Translations under genes and position numbers: made by a program
In this document: piece by piece, positions 46,744 through 59,529 of the stretch
Position numbering within the stretch: the first letter of the stretch is position 1
Layout: the number at the start of each line of letters is the position of its first letter
Notes under the pieces: generated by a model
The model's database searches: none
What the model was told of the DNA's origin: nothing
The model's input: only the letters and a program-made list of their open reading frames with translations
Source: Mobula hypostoma
Taxonomy: Eukaryota
Assembly: GCF_963921235.1 (NCBI RefSeq)
Contig: NC_086106.1
Coordinates: 20,956,001-21,020,000, forward strand
Direction of reading: 5' to 3'
Length of the DNA stretch: 64,000 nt

Positions 46744-48206
46744 TGTTGCAAGGACATGGCGGTGGAACAAACCCATGTGCTGAACACGGCCACGGAGGCC
46801 GAGCCGGGAAACGTTAAGGTTCAGCGAGTGTGGAATTGGTGTCCAAGAGAGTCTTTACCATGATCCTTGGTTTCAGTAGCGAATTCAGGAACGATCCTAG
46901 ACTTAGAAGTGATAGTCCTAGGAACCATGGAACGAGGTTACTCACACAAGAGTCGACCAACGAACTGGCAGCTCCTTACTGCCATCACAGGGTCTTTATC
47001 CTGCAGTTTCTGATGGGAAATATGTGTGTGTAGTTAGTGGAACCTAGGAATGATTGGAAATTAAATGAGGTGGTTGAGGCCCAATTCTTGTAGTAAATAG
47101 CAAGGCGGGGGATTACCAGAAGGGACCATGACAGCCCCCGCCCCCTCAACGGGATCCTCCACGAGATTCTCCAGGTCTGTCTGGATGGTCCTTATGAAAA
47201 TCTTGGATGAGGGAATGGTCTAGGATGAAGGAGCACGGGACTTAAGAACGCTCTTCTGGACCTTGCCCTTACCGGTCTGCCAGGTATTGGAAACCCCTGC
47301 CCTAACGGCGCACCTCTAATAGTCGTCGGACATGTGTGCCGGATGGTTGTAGATAATACAGGCAGGTGGGGTAATCTCACTTGGGGGACACAAGGGGCAG
47401 ACGGAAATTGGCTTTAACTGATACACATGAACAGTTGGGTGGATGCGCATGGATCTTGGCAGCTTTAGGCGGACCGTCTGCCCAGATTGGTACTCCAGCG
47501 CCGGAGTCCGGTGTCGGTCGGCTGTCTTCTTATTCCGCTTTCTTGATCTGATTAGGGTCGCGCGTGTCTCTTCCTAAATCGTAAGGCCCTGATCAATATG
47601 GTCCTGACCGACGATACCGCAATCTCCTCTTCTTTCACGGGAAACAGCGGGGTTGGTAGCCAACGGAGCATTCGAACAGGGACCTTCCAATGGCAGAGCT
47701 CTCCAGAGAGTTGTGGGCCTACTCAACCCACGGGAGGTGGTCGCAAGAGGTCGGCGGGTTGTTTGCCATTAAACAACGTAGCGTCGCCTCCACGTCTTGG
47801 TTAACCCGCTAAGTCCGCCCGTTCATCTGGGGATGGAAGCCGGATGACTGGCTGACCAATGCACCTAAGGCTTGACAGAAGGATTTCCAAACCTGCCAAA
47901 CGAACTTCGAACCTCTTTCGGAGACGATGTCCGCGGGGATTCTGTGGAGGCGGAAGACGTGGCGGACGAGAAGATCTGAGGTTTCTTGAGAATCGGTCTA
48001 CCACGGTGAGGACAGTGGTGTTTCCGCGGGAAGGGGGTAGACTGGTGGCGAAGTTTAGTGCGATGTGTGACCAGGGGCGGCCAGGCACAGGTAGAGGACG
48101 AAATATCTCCGCAGGAGGTCGATGAGAAAACTTTCCACGTTCACAGATGGAACAAGCCGAATCATAAGAACAGATCAGGCCAGGCAGCATCTATAGGAAG
48201 AGGCGC

Positions 48207-48242
48207 AGTCGACGTTTCAGGCCGAGACCCTTCGTCAGGACT
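48207..48242 (-). ncRNA. Minimal type I hammerhead ribozyme (mirror copy)
   Basis: Exact reverse complement of 48351-48386. Confidence 0.75.
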
Positions 48243-48350
48243 AACTGAAGGAAGAGTGAGTAAGGGATTTGAAAGCTGGAGGGGGAGGGGGAGATGCATC
48301 TCCTCCTCCCCCTCCAGCTTTCAAATCCCTTACTCACTCTTCCTTCAGTT

Positions 48351-48386
48351 AGTCCTGACGAAGGGTCTCGGCCTGAAACGTCGACT
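48351..48386 (+). ncRNA. Minimal type I hammerhead ribozyme
   Basis: AGTC CTGACGA AGGGTCTCGGCCT GAAA CG TC GACT, all core nucleotides present. Confidence 0.75.
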
Positions 48387-51300
48387 GCGCCTCTTCCTAT
48401 AGATGCTGCCTGGCCTGCTGCGTTCACCAGCAACTTTGATGTATGTTGCTTGAATTTCCAGCATCTGCAGAATTCCTGTTGTTTTCATAAGAACGGATGT
48501 CCCCTTCTGTTCACGGCCACGAAAAGTGCTTCCTCAGGAGAGACAGTGTTCGATCTCTCCCGGGCTGGCTGGCGAACCGGGATGTATGCCCCCATTGGAG
48601 ATTCTAAGACCTGACGGAGACTGGCACGTACAGGCGATCGCTGGGTCCATTGCCAGGGTCGGGGACGTCCCACCGGGCTTCCTTTACTTTAAACGCGATC
48701 GGCCAAGTGAGCGTGGCAAACATGTAGGATCCTGGGAGGATAGTCTTGGGACTGCAGGTGTCATACTTCTAGTATGCTGGCGGGGTAGCGCGTTTGGCTT
48801 CCCGTTCTCGGATCCCGCACGGTACTTGAACCGTCCAAAAAACAATGCCCAACGGGCGTGGCGGGTGTTCAGTCGTTTGGTGGTCTGAATACTCCCCAGG
48901 TTCTTATGAGCAGTCCACACTACAAACCGGTGTTCTGCCCCCTCCAACCAGTGCCTCCATTCTTACAGTGCTAGTTTGACCGCCAGCAGAGCCCCGATTC
49001 CCCACGTCGTAATTACGCTCGGCGGGGGACAGTCGGAGAGAGTAGCAGGCGCAGGTGTGAGGATTTTCGTCCGAACTTGACTGTTGGGATATGACCGCTC
49101 CTACCCCAGATCAGAGGTGTCCACCTGAACGATGAATTGACGGGATGGGTCCGGATGAACCAGGATGAGAGCGATGGTAAAATGCCTCTTTAGGTCAGTG
49201 AATGCTGAGTCCGTTTCGGAGTCCCAGCAAAGCGGTGTGGTAGGCGAGGTAAGCCGGGTAAGAGGAACCGCCACTCGGCTGTAGTCTCTGAAGAAACTGC
49301 GGTAGACATTTGCAAACCTCAGGAATACTTAAGTCTGTTTGCGTGTCGTGGGTCTAGCCCATTCCTCCATTGCCCGGATCTTCTCGAGGTCTGCTTTTAC
49401 CTGTCCGCTTTCGATGATATAGCCGAGGAAGCTGACCGAAGAAACGTGGAACTAGCATTTATCCGCCTTTGCAAATAACTTGCTTTCCCACAGTCTCTGG
49501 AAGACTTGACCGGCATGGTGTGCGTGTTCTTGGGGGCTGCTAGAAACTATCAGGATATCTTCAAGGTAAACAAATACAAACCTATTGATAAAGTCATTGA
49601 TCAGGGTTTGGAAAACTGCGGGAGCATTAGTGATATCAAACGGCATGACCAAATATACAACGTGGCTCAGATGTGTATTCAAGGCCGTCGTCCATTCGTC
49701 TCAATCCCTTATCCTGACTGAATGGTAGGCGTTCCGAAGCTCCAGCTTTGAGAAGATGGTGTCTACATGGAGTGGTTCAAATGCCAAACTAATGAGGGGT
49801 AGAGTGTAATTGTTCTCAACGTTTATATTAATTAGGCCTCGGTAGTCGATACAAGGGCGAAGCGTCCCGTCTTTCTTTTCTACATAAAATAAACCGGCGC
49901 CTACAGGAGAGGATGAAGGCGTCATAATGTCCGCCGGGAGGGACTTGCTAAAGTATTTCTGGGTTGCCTCTCTCACCGGTCGGGATAGGTTAAAATGGTG
50001 GGTAGCGGGGCCCCAGGGAGAAAGTCGATGGCACAATCATATGAGCAATGCGGAGGCAGGGAAGGAGCCCATTGTTTACTGAACACATGTCCCAAGTCAT
50101 GGTTCTCTGTGGGGACGCGTGAAAAGTCGAGGGGATCCAAAACAGGCGAGGTCGCGGTAGCTTCTCTGGAAGATGGGGCTGACCGCAGAAAGTTGACATG
50201 CAAAGACGGGCTCCATTCGGCAATCCTCCCTGTAGACCAGTCGATATGGGGATTGTGTTGGGTCAGCCATGGATACTCTAGAACTACCGGGTCTTGAGGT
50301 GAATGAATGAGACTGAGTCGTACCTCCTGCTGATGGTTGCCGGTTAGGATCAAGGTCAGGGGTGGCGTACAGTTGATGACACGAGTAGCAGATTTCCGTC
50401 CTGGGCCCAGACCTCCGGGGGGAGGGACATAGTTACCTGCTCGCGAGGTATTCCGGCCTGGGTGGCTGCCTTTTCGACAAGCAGAATTGCCCTCAGAAAC
50501 GGAATCCACCAAAGCAGATAGGGACATGGACTATTGTTGGTAATTCACGGTTGCCGGTATCGGCATCCGAGTCTGGGGTGCTGAAGGGAGCAACATTCGG
50601 CTCACCAGAGCTCCCTTTCTCACTGCTGAGTCTCCCTTTTGGCCGCTGAGGGCAGGTATCCCTGAAATATTCTGGCTGGCCACAGTGGTAGCAATCCGCA
50701 GCTTTCCACCTTCGAATTCATTCGGCCGGGGAGAGACGGTTCCACCCCAGCTGCATCGGTTTCTCCCCCAGCGGGGTGGGTACGGTCGGAGCAGGAGCTA
50801 CACTGGGAACGGCTGGGGAAGGGGGCTGTCTGAGACTGGTAAGGTGGACTTTGGGCTTCCCCGAGGAGCGGCGCGACTGGTTCTCTCTCTCTGACGCTCC
50901 TGAAGTCGAAAATCAAATCGAATAGCCAGCGAGTCTAGACAGTTCAGTCGTTCCTCGCGGCCAAATCATCCTTTAACTTGTCCGAGAAGCCCTGTCGAAA
51001 CACCTCCCGTAGGGCCTCGTCATTCCACCCGAAGTCTGCGGCTAATGTCCAGAACTCATTGGAAAACCTGGCCACAATTCGCGAATCCTGAAGAAGAGTA
51101 AGCAACCGTTCCGCAGCGTCCTTACCGCGAAAGGATTGTTCAAAGACTTTCCTCACTTCAGCGACAAAGGAGGAGTAGGAGGATCAAACCTCTGGTCGGT
51201 TAACCATATCGCGGATGCCCAAGCCAAGGCATCCTCTCTCAGCAGCTCCATGATGTAAGCAATCTTTGATTTATTAGAAATGTATGTACGTGGTTGCAGC

Positions 51301-51585
51301 TGAAAGACTAGCGAGCATTGTAAAAGGAAGGCCCGGCACCTAACTAGGTTCCCGGCGTAGGGTTCAGGCTCGGGTACATACGGCTCTTGAGGGTTTTTTC
51401 CGTGATCTCCAGGAGTAGATCGTGGGCGCCCAATAGGTAGCACTGGCTGTACAGGGCCTATTGTACGGGATCCGTGTCCACTGGGTTCATCGTGGCCAGT
51501 TCGTTCTGTTAGAAGGGCGTGGCGGTGGAACTAACCCAAGTGCTGGACAGGGGCGCGGAGGCCGAGTCGGGAGGCGTTCCAGTCG

Positions 51586-52200
51586 TGGGTGTAAAGAGAG
51601 AAGAGAAGGAGATTGAGGACGCAAACCTGGTGGGCACCTGTGTAGACAGTCAGAGGGGCAGAGGTCAGGAGTCCCACCCTTACCACTGTTTGGCGATCCA
51701 ATGAGCAGTCCGGGATCCAGCTGCATAGGGCGGACTGCAGGTCGACGTTTCTGAGCTTCCTGTCAAGACCGAAGAGAATTATGGTGTTAAATGCTGACCT
51801 GTAATACCGAAGAGCCTTCTAACGTTTGCATCATTCAGCCTGAGGTGTGTGAAGACGGTGTGTAGTGTTCTGGATATTGCACCATCGGTAGACCAGTTCC
51901 ATCGGAAAGGGAATTGTACGGGGTCCGATGTCGGTGGTAGCATGCTGAGGATGTACTTCTTAACCAGACTGCAAAAATATTTGCTTATAATTAAAGTGGA
52001 TGCGATAGGGCGCCAGTCGTTCAGACAACCGTAGTTTTCGTAGGTACAGGGACACCCGTGGACCATTTAAAGCGGAAAAAAATTCCCAAAGGAGGTAAAA
52101 ATTAAAAGACAAATCTATAAATACACCAGCCAGCTCTTTTCCTTCCGCACACAGTTTTAGAAGTCCCACTGGGATGGCGGCTGTTGACACCTCGGAATGT
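51586..52200 (-). mobile_element. Rex1-type LINE RT fragment
   Basis: NDWRPIASTLII.KYF..LVK.YI...LP..SDPVQF and ..GAPPG..LSPLLFSLYTHD. Confidence 0.8.
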
Positions 52201-52629
52201 TCTACGTTCCTCATCTTTGCGGATGACCAAGGAGCAGATTACGTCGGTGGCTCTGCTCTGGGCAGGAGAAGCGTGAAGAGAGTATATCCTCCGTGGAGAG
52301 GGTCCCTTATGATGGAAGCCGAATTCCCGCCAGGGCTCTAAATGTAAATGTGTTCAGTTTTTGTGAGGGCTTTAACCATACTGTACTTGGCGGTACCTTC
52401 TATAGTTCGTACTATTTTAGGTTCAAGGACACGATATTTAAACGATTATATAATATACATGAAAGGACAAAATGAGCATAATCGTTTGACAAAACTTGGA
52501 ACATGGACTAGAACAGCACAGACACAGGGCATTAAAAAGGAAATCAAAAGCACCCAAACACGAATCCCTCCTACCTACACCATATATCTAATCCTCCAAC
52601 CCCCACCCCCCCCCCCCCGCAACACCTAA

Positions 52630-54900
52630 ACTCCTTACATCCACGTTCTTATCCAAGCACCTTTAAAAAAAAAAAATGTTTTTTGCCTTTCCCAAGCAGC
52701 GCATTCCGGGCATCCAAGCCTCTCATGGTTAAAAAAAAAAATACCCCTCCCATCTCCCCTGATTCCACTTCCTCTCACCTTAAATGCATGCCCTCCGATA
52801 TCATATGTTTCAACCCTGTTAAACAGATAATCTCCGTTCACTCTATCTATGTATCTCATAATCATAAAAACCTTCATCAGATTTTCCATAAGTTTGAGGC
52901 ATTCCAGAGAAAATAACCCACGTTTATGCCGCCTCTAGTGACAACACGTGCCCACTGAACTAAGCAGTATACTGGTAAACCTCTTCTGTATCCTTTCCAT
53001 ATCCCCAGCATCCTTCGTATAGTGGGGTGAACCGAACCATATGTAAAACGACTGATGTGTTCAAAGTAGAGTTGCATGTAGATGAAAGATAACCTCCCGA
53101 CTTTTGAACTTGATGTCTCGACTAATAATAGCCAGGATCCTAAAAACTTTCTTAACCATCTGATTGATTTGTTTCTGCAAATTCATGTAGATCCCAAGAT
53201 CTCTGTGCTCAGAAAAAGTGTTACGGATCTAGCCCTTAACAGTGTATTGCCTCGTTGCAATTGCTCTACCGAGGTGCAAGATCTCACATCTATATGGGTT
53301 AAATTCATCTGCCATTTCTCAGCATAACATTAGCATGTAATCTATATCGCGCTGTAAGACATCCACATCCGCAGTTGATCATTGTAAGACATCCACATCC
53401 TCTGCAACTTCACCAGTCTTGGTATCGTCCGCAAACTTACTCACCCGCCCAGCTATATTTACATCCAGATCATTAACATACATCACTCACAGCAGATGCC
53501 ACAGCACAGTTCCCTGTAGAACACCATTAACTAGGGAATTCCAGCCCGAATGTCTCTTCAATCATTACCCACAACCCTCTATGCGCAAGCCAGTTCAAAC
53601 TCCAAACAGACAATTGGCCGTGGACCCCATGAATCTTAATCTTCTTGATTAACTTCCTATAAGGGACTTTTACCAATGCCTTACTAAAATCCATGCAGAC
53701 AACATCGACTGGCCTAACCTCATCCATCTCTGTTGTCAATATAACCTCATTCGAATTGTAAAGGCACGAACAAAGCACAACTAATGCCAAAAGCCCTGCT
53801 GGTTTTCTCTAATTTGGCCATGGATTTCCAGTTGTTCATATTTCCTATCCCTAAGAATTTTCTCTTAACTTTTCTACAGATGAGCCGAAATGTAGAACAA
53901 CATATAGCTCTTTTTCCTTGTTTACTTCTTAATAAGGTGCAAAAACAGCCATTCGCCAGTCCATGGAGAGAGGATACGAAAATACCGGTATGGGGCCCTG
54001 AAATCCCATCTCATTCCTCAATAACCCGTGGTGAATGCTATCAGGCTCTGGGGACATCCACTTTAATATTCATTGGGCCCTAGTATTTCTTCTTCCTTGT
54101 TGCTTAAACGTCCTAACGTTTTTCTACACTCTTCACGGATCTCTTGGTGCTCCTATTCCCTTTTTTTTGGTAAGTACTGAAGCAAAGTACTCATTCAGTG
54201 CCTCCCTCACATTCTTTGCATTTGGACAAATGTTACCACCACCACCCCCCCCCCCACCCCCACCTGATCATTTGGCGGTCCCAGTCTCTCCTCGGCTATC
54301 TTTTTTACTCGTGTTGAATGTAGAGAATCCCTTGGGATAGAAGTTAATCCTATTGGCTGGGAACATTTCATGGTCTCCTGATTTTGATATTTGGCTGAGT
54401 TATTTTCTGGCTTATTTGGACTCCATACGTGCTTCGTTTGATCCTGACTTCAGAAGTTTTACGTACGTTTCTTTTTCTTTGTTGACGAAATTCCTCACCC
54501 CTTCTCATCCGCTTCCCTGTCCTTCCGTCTAACAGGAACGCACATTTCTTCCGCTCTGTGCAGTTGATCATTAAGCACGCTGAAGATGTCTGATGTGGAC
54601 ATAGCAGTAAACAAAACACTTCTTTGTACCCGATTACTCTCCTCGTACTTTGACCATTTCGAATTTAAAACACTCCCAGAAGGAGCATGCCTATCCTTAT
54701 CTGTAGCTGTTCCGAAATTCATATTTGAGGCAACAGAGCCAACAAGTTTACTTATTTACCAATATATAGCTGAACGTTTTAAACCAAGGCTGCTGTAGAC
54801 CTATTCGATTTTAAGATATCCATAGCCTAACGTGTCCCCGAACTCTGCAAGAAAGCTAAGGATAGTCGTCTGTGCTTCCTTATTAATTCAAGTTGTTCTG
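52630..54900 (-). mobile_element. Decayed CR1 LINE
   Basis: ORF 53527..53790 VDVVCMDFSKALVKVPYRKLIKKIK.HG..G.L..W..NWL and a CR1 3' end near 52640-52900. Confidence 0.85.
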
Positions 54901-55149
54901 GAAACGTGACTGTTGTTCGAGAGACTTTTACAGCCAACACTGAAGCTGTATTGCTTAATTGCAAACCCCTTTATCGCAGTCGAGAATTCACCTCTACCAT
55001 TTTGGCTGGTTCATACATCTCTCTATACTAAAGCTCCCAAGGCAAAGCAAAGACTTACTGATCCATCTACCAACGCTGAAAAAAAAACATCTCCGGACTC
55101 TGCTGTTATTATCGTTGTCGATTATAACTATTCAGTTGTAAACTCCGAC

Positions 55150-56100
55150 ACGTAGGCCAGGCGGCATTGTTGCCATACCTGTCAAGGGTCTGAAATTTTG
55201 CCCACATCCTGCACGAAGACCTTTTGCTCAATCAATCTTGTGAGCTGGCGTTCCACTTAAACGAAACACAAAGTGGTGGAAAGCCAATACAGACCGAAAA
55301 AAAAACATGATCAAACGTGCTGTACTTCCTTTCGGGAGGACGCAACTGGCGGCTGAAGAAACGGAGCAGCTGCCACTCTCCTCTGAACAACAGTGGGTGT
55401 TCAGCACCTACAAAATAGTCAGAAGAGTCAGTAGCAAAGGCTATGGGTGCATTCATGAGCAGATGCGCCAGTGCGATCGCATTAAAAATAGCTCGTTTTG
55501 TATCCTCAAATCCGCTGGTCGTATCGGCAGACCAGTTACTTACTTGCTTAGGGGTATTACCTTCATTCGGCCTTTATAAGTCCAGCTGCTGGTTAAGTGA
55601 AACGGTGATAGAAATTCACCATGCTTCAAAACTCTTGTAGATTTTTAGTAGTATGAGGCGGCGGGAACTCTGGAAATGCGATTACATTTGCTGGGAGCAG
55701 GTTTGCATATTCTGCGGAGATGCAATGGCTGAGAAAATCAATGCTTGACAACCCAAACTGTAATTTAGCAGGATTGCGCAGTCGAAAAGTGTGCGGAGAT
55801 GGAATACATGTTTGCATTTTGATGCAGTGGTGATAAATAGGTTATCCAGGTAAACAAAAATAAAGTCTAAGAATTTTAATACTGAATCCATCTGCTGTAG
55901 GAAGTTGTCAGCTCACGCAGCATGCACAGGCCAATTGGATTGATCGTAGCTGTTGTTAGAATGTCCCGAGCACACAAGCACCTGCTTGCAGCCGCTAACT
56001 AAATCGACTTCGGGGAAAAAAAAGTCCCTCTGAACGTCCTGAAAAGTTTTGGGTATATGGGACTGGGTGGCGATCGGGGATGCAGACAACAACCCATGCA
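55150..56100 (-). mobile_element. Gypsy pol fragment (RT/RNaseH), a different family from the Sushi-like element
   Basis: FVYLDNL.I, NPAKLQFGLSSIDFL.H.I, TDSSD..VGA....W..L.FFSRQLRPPERKYSTFD. Confidence 0.8.
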
Positions 56101-56401
56101 TTCATGTTCTGCATTAATATTCATGATAATATCTATCGAAGATATTTCTACCATATGAATTAATTGCTTTAGCTTAACTGATAAAGGAACATACAATCTG
56201 AAAGCATCCATGAATTAAACCTATGTTAAGGTATAGCTAATTTCGTTATTTCTGATTTAAAACCCAAATGTCGTCTGATTCAGTATATAAGAGAGAGGTT
56301 TCAAAGCTAAACAGAAACATAGTGAACGTAGAGAGTCCTCCGGGAAAATGATTCGATTTATTTTGATAATGCTGTTATTTCGTTCTGAGTTGTTAATACA
56401 T

Positions 56402-57924
56402 TGTCATGGTCCAGTCCGTGGACTCAGGACTCCGAGTCTTCCAGCTGTCCCTTGTTTTTGATTGAGTTAATTACATCCACCTGATTCCCATCCTGACGCT
56501 TGGAATAAGTAGCCTTGGGGTTGAATGTGAGATGCTGGTTTGTCTTGTCAAGATCCCCGGGATCAACCTGCCGGTAGAAGGCCAGAGCGGTCACGTGCCA
56601 TCTTTAGGCCGCATTATAGAACAATCGCCTCATGAAGCCTTGCTATCAGTAGTCGGAGCTGTCATTGCGGTATGGATTCAGCCGTTTCCCGGGTCAGCTG
56701 AGTGGCCGTCAGCCACACTGAGCTAGGTCGGAATCCAACTGTTTCCGTAGCCAGCCGAGGTCGCTGGCCGTAACTACGACTCGGAGGAACCCAATGCAGT
56801 GATGAAACAGTTTGTCGTTCTTCGGTTTTGTTTCTTCTTGTCCTTGCCTCCGTGGGGTAAGTCAGGTCGTTCTGCCGTGCCCGGCCGTGGATCTGTCTTG
56901 TTTTGTCCTCGCCTCCGAGGGGTAAGTCAGGCTGTTCTGCCGTTGCCCTGCAGTGGGATCTCTATTAAGTTTCCCTCGCCTCTGTGGGGTAAGTCAGGCC
57001 ATTTTGCCGTTGCACTGCGGGGAGATCTGCCCTGCCTTGTCCTCGCCTCCGTCTGGTAAGTCAGGCCGTCCTGCCGTTGCTATACGGGGCTTTTGTTTTG
57101 TCTTGTCCTTGCCACCGTAGAGTACGTCAGGCAGTTTTGCCGTTGCCCTGCTGGGGGACCTGTCTTGTCTTGTCTTTGCCTCTGTTGGGTAAGTCCATCC
57201 ATTGTGCCGTCACCCAACAGGTGGACCTGTCCCACCTTGGCGTGGAGATAAAGTTGAGTCCCGGCTTGTTTAATGATAAGTCCGGCTCCATGTCTATGTA
57301 CTGTCCAGTCTCGTGTTAGTGTCGTGTTAAAGATGATTCCCTGCTTTTCGAATGATAAATCCCGGCTCTGTGATGATATACAGTTCCCAGCCTGTCTCCG
57401 AGCTCCAGCCTCCGAGTTATCCGCTTCCGCTATCCAAGACCCAAGATTCCTGCCTGCAGCCTCAAGAGCCAAGAGCCCAGCCTGCAGCCTCAAGAGCCAA
57501 GACCCTTGCCTGCAGTCTCAAGAGCCAAGACCCTTGCCTGCAGCATCAAGAGCCAAGACTCCTGCCTGCAGTTTCAAGAGCCAGGACACTTGCCTGTCTC
57601 CATATTCAAGAGGCAAGACCCCAGCCACGACCTGTCCGGTAGCCATGTCATGTCCTTGCATAGTTCTGGGGTCCGAGCCCGAGGCAATACGCAGGTCCTG
57701 GGTCCTTGTCCAGTCACTGGCTCGGAGTCCAGGCCAAGGCTCCTAGTTCATATTTCGTCGTCCGGGTTCACTGTGTCTAGTCCATGTCCTAGCCCTAGTC
57801 TGCGTTCTTGTCCCTGCTCCTTGTCTGTATCGTGTCACATCCCTACTCTAGTCAAGACCCGTTCCTTGTACATCAGTGTCTGTGTCTTGCATTTGGGTCT
57901 GTTCCTAACGCGTCCATTATGACA
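56402..57924 (+). mobile_element. Solo LTR (Gypsy family) with internal minisatellites
   Basis: TGTCATGG...TTATGACA termini, TSD-like TACAT/TACAG, and a 3' motif shared with 18292-19651. Confidence 0.88.
56840..57600. repeat. Tandem repeats inside LTR: ~60-bp unit (about 6 copies, 56840-57210) and 28-bp unit CAAGACCCTTGCCTGCAGCCTCAAGAGC (about 6 copies, 57440-57600)
   Basis: Visible directly in the sequence. Confidence 0.85.
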
Positions 57925-59529
57925 TACAGAGGGTAATGTTTCATCAGATGTTGCAAGAATTTCACAAGTACTGGCTGTAGCTTATATGTATTAAGAACTA
58001 CTAACCACGAGGGTGAGACAGACTCAAATGTCTTTTTTTTGTTGTCAATATGGTAACATGAAAGATGTATGCTTTTCCGCCAGACTTGATTCAGAATTAC
58101 GGAATCTATTATCAGTTGAACGTTACATACTATCATACCCTGGTGACGTTCTTTCTTCTGTTCTGTAAGTATATTGTGTTAATCTAAGAGAGTGGCGATT
58201 AGTTGAGAGACACATAATGCTACAATTTTATATATATTTTGTAAGCAGTTAATAGGTCGATATTTTGATGGATCTGTGTTTTTTTTTTGCCTTTAGGTAA
58301 AATATATGATTCAACTTTTGGAAGAAAAATCCAGGCACTTTTTTCGACAGAAATGTTAATATACATTATTAGGTATGTATGAAGACAAGTAAATTGTTTA
58401 TACCAATCAGTGCGAATATTATCATTTCCAGTACTTTTCCAGTTGTGGTAATTTTTTTATAACCTCCTTCAGCATATCCATTGTAACATTAGGTGCTTGC
58501 TTTCTTAAATCATGAGTGTACGTTCCTTTACCTCCCTAATCCAGCTGGCTACTTAATTGTGTGTCGTCCTGTTTGACCAAATATTAGACCAAAAGTTCAT
58601 TAACGCTGTGTTTGTGGATAATTCTGTGCTGCGATGAGTGAAATTTGGCGGAACAAATTCAGTTTCAATTCGTATATGAGTCCTTTTCATTGCTTCTGAA
58701 GTGATAATTCTATTTTCGTCTAGTTCATTTCGTTTATATATTTAGCCTGGCTTTAATGCATCAAATGTTTGCTTTAGCGTGTATACAAAATTTACGGCGA
58801 TTTCCTTAGGCCATCGTATCTTCTATGGACCTAATATTTGCTTAGTATTTCCATAACCATTTTTTACAACTTTCTTTGTCGGGTGACCCTTTTACACTCC
58901 ATTAGCGGGCTATCTGTTTTTCTTAATACCTCTTCAGGCATTCCGGTATTTTCATTATTCAGCTTTGATTTTCTCTTTGTGAGTGCCTATATTTAAGAGC
59001 TATTGCGCTGCAGTGTTGCACTGCTGCACTGCTGTTAATGCTGTACTGTATGTTATTATGTGTAGCTCTTAAAATGTTTCCAGTTTTCCTAAATCTTGTG
59101 GTTATATACTATTGTTAATATTTTAACGATTTTTGCAAAATTTGGTGATGGATATTGTGTTGGTCTGTGATGTATTTTTCTTTATGTTAGTTCCCATATA
59201 TTCCATTGTTGTGATGTTATATATCAGGATAGTTTTGCCTGAAAACTCAGCTCTCTCAACAACATTCTGTGAAGGCTCTGAAAGTGTGTTTTTGCTGTTT
59301 CGGTGCCGATGCCTTGGTAGGTTGCACCCTCCTTTTTTTTTATTCGTAGTGCATTTGGTTCGTTTCTTTCTAGCTGTTGTGCAGCTTAATGTTTTATTTG
59401 GGTGAACATTTTTCAAGGGATTAAGTTATGTTTTATTATCTCTACATATTGATCTACTGTTTGTTGTGCAATTACTTTGATGTCTCTCTTCCCTTTACTA
59501 CTTGAGTGGTCTGAGTTGTAAATAGAATA

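Larger units (their letters stand above)
48176..48484. mobile_element. Fold-back PLE-terminus-derived insertion with 14-bp TSD inside the Gypsy integrase
   Basis: Palindrome 48176-48417 centred on GAGATG|CATCTC with one mismatch seen. TSD TCATAAGAAC(A/G)GAT at 48162-48175 and 48485-48498. Confidence 0.9.
46744..51585 (-). mobile_element. Sushi-like chromoviral Ty3/Gypsy element: truncated 5' LTR, gag, protease, RT, RNaseH, integrase, chromodomain, PPT, 3' LTR
   Basis: gag ATG at 51490 after LTR end TAACA(51507) and GAACGAACTGGCC. gag PEPYAG..RCRAFLLQCSLVF. Protease ALVDS.SEGN. RT CIDYRGLN..YLEDIL. Integrase LPVPGRPWSHIALNF..VVDRFS. Chromodomain GRGFQYLAD..GQGPEERS.VP..FILD. PPT GAGGGGGCGGGGGC, then 3' LTR TGTCATGG (47133) to CAACA (46744). 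Many stops. Confidence 0.93.

Noticed and set aside
56840-57600. Regular repeat arrays as CRISPR
   Set aside because: Eukaryotic DNA. The units are head-to-tail without unique spacers and lie inside an LTR.
59141-59175. FGDG motif as a J segment
   Set aside because: Followed by YCVGL and a stop, with no RSS or donor.
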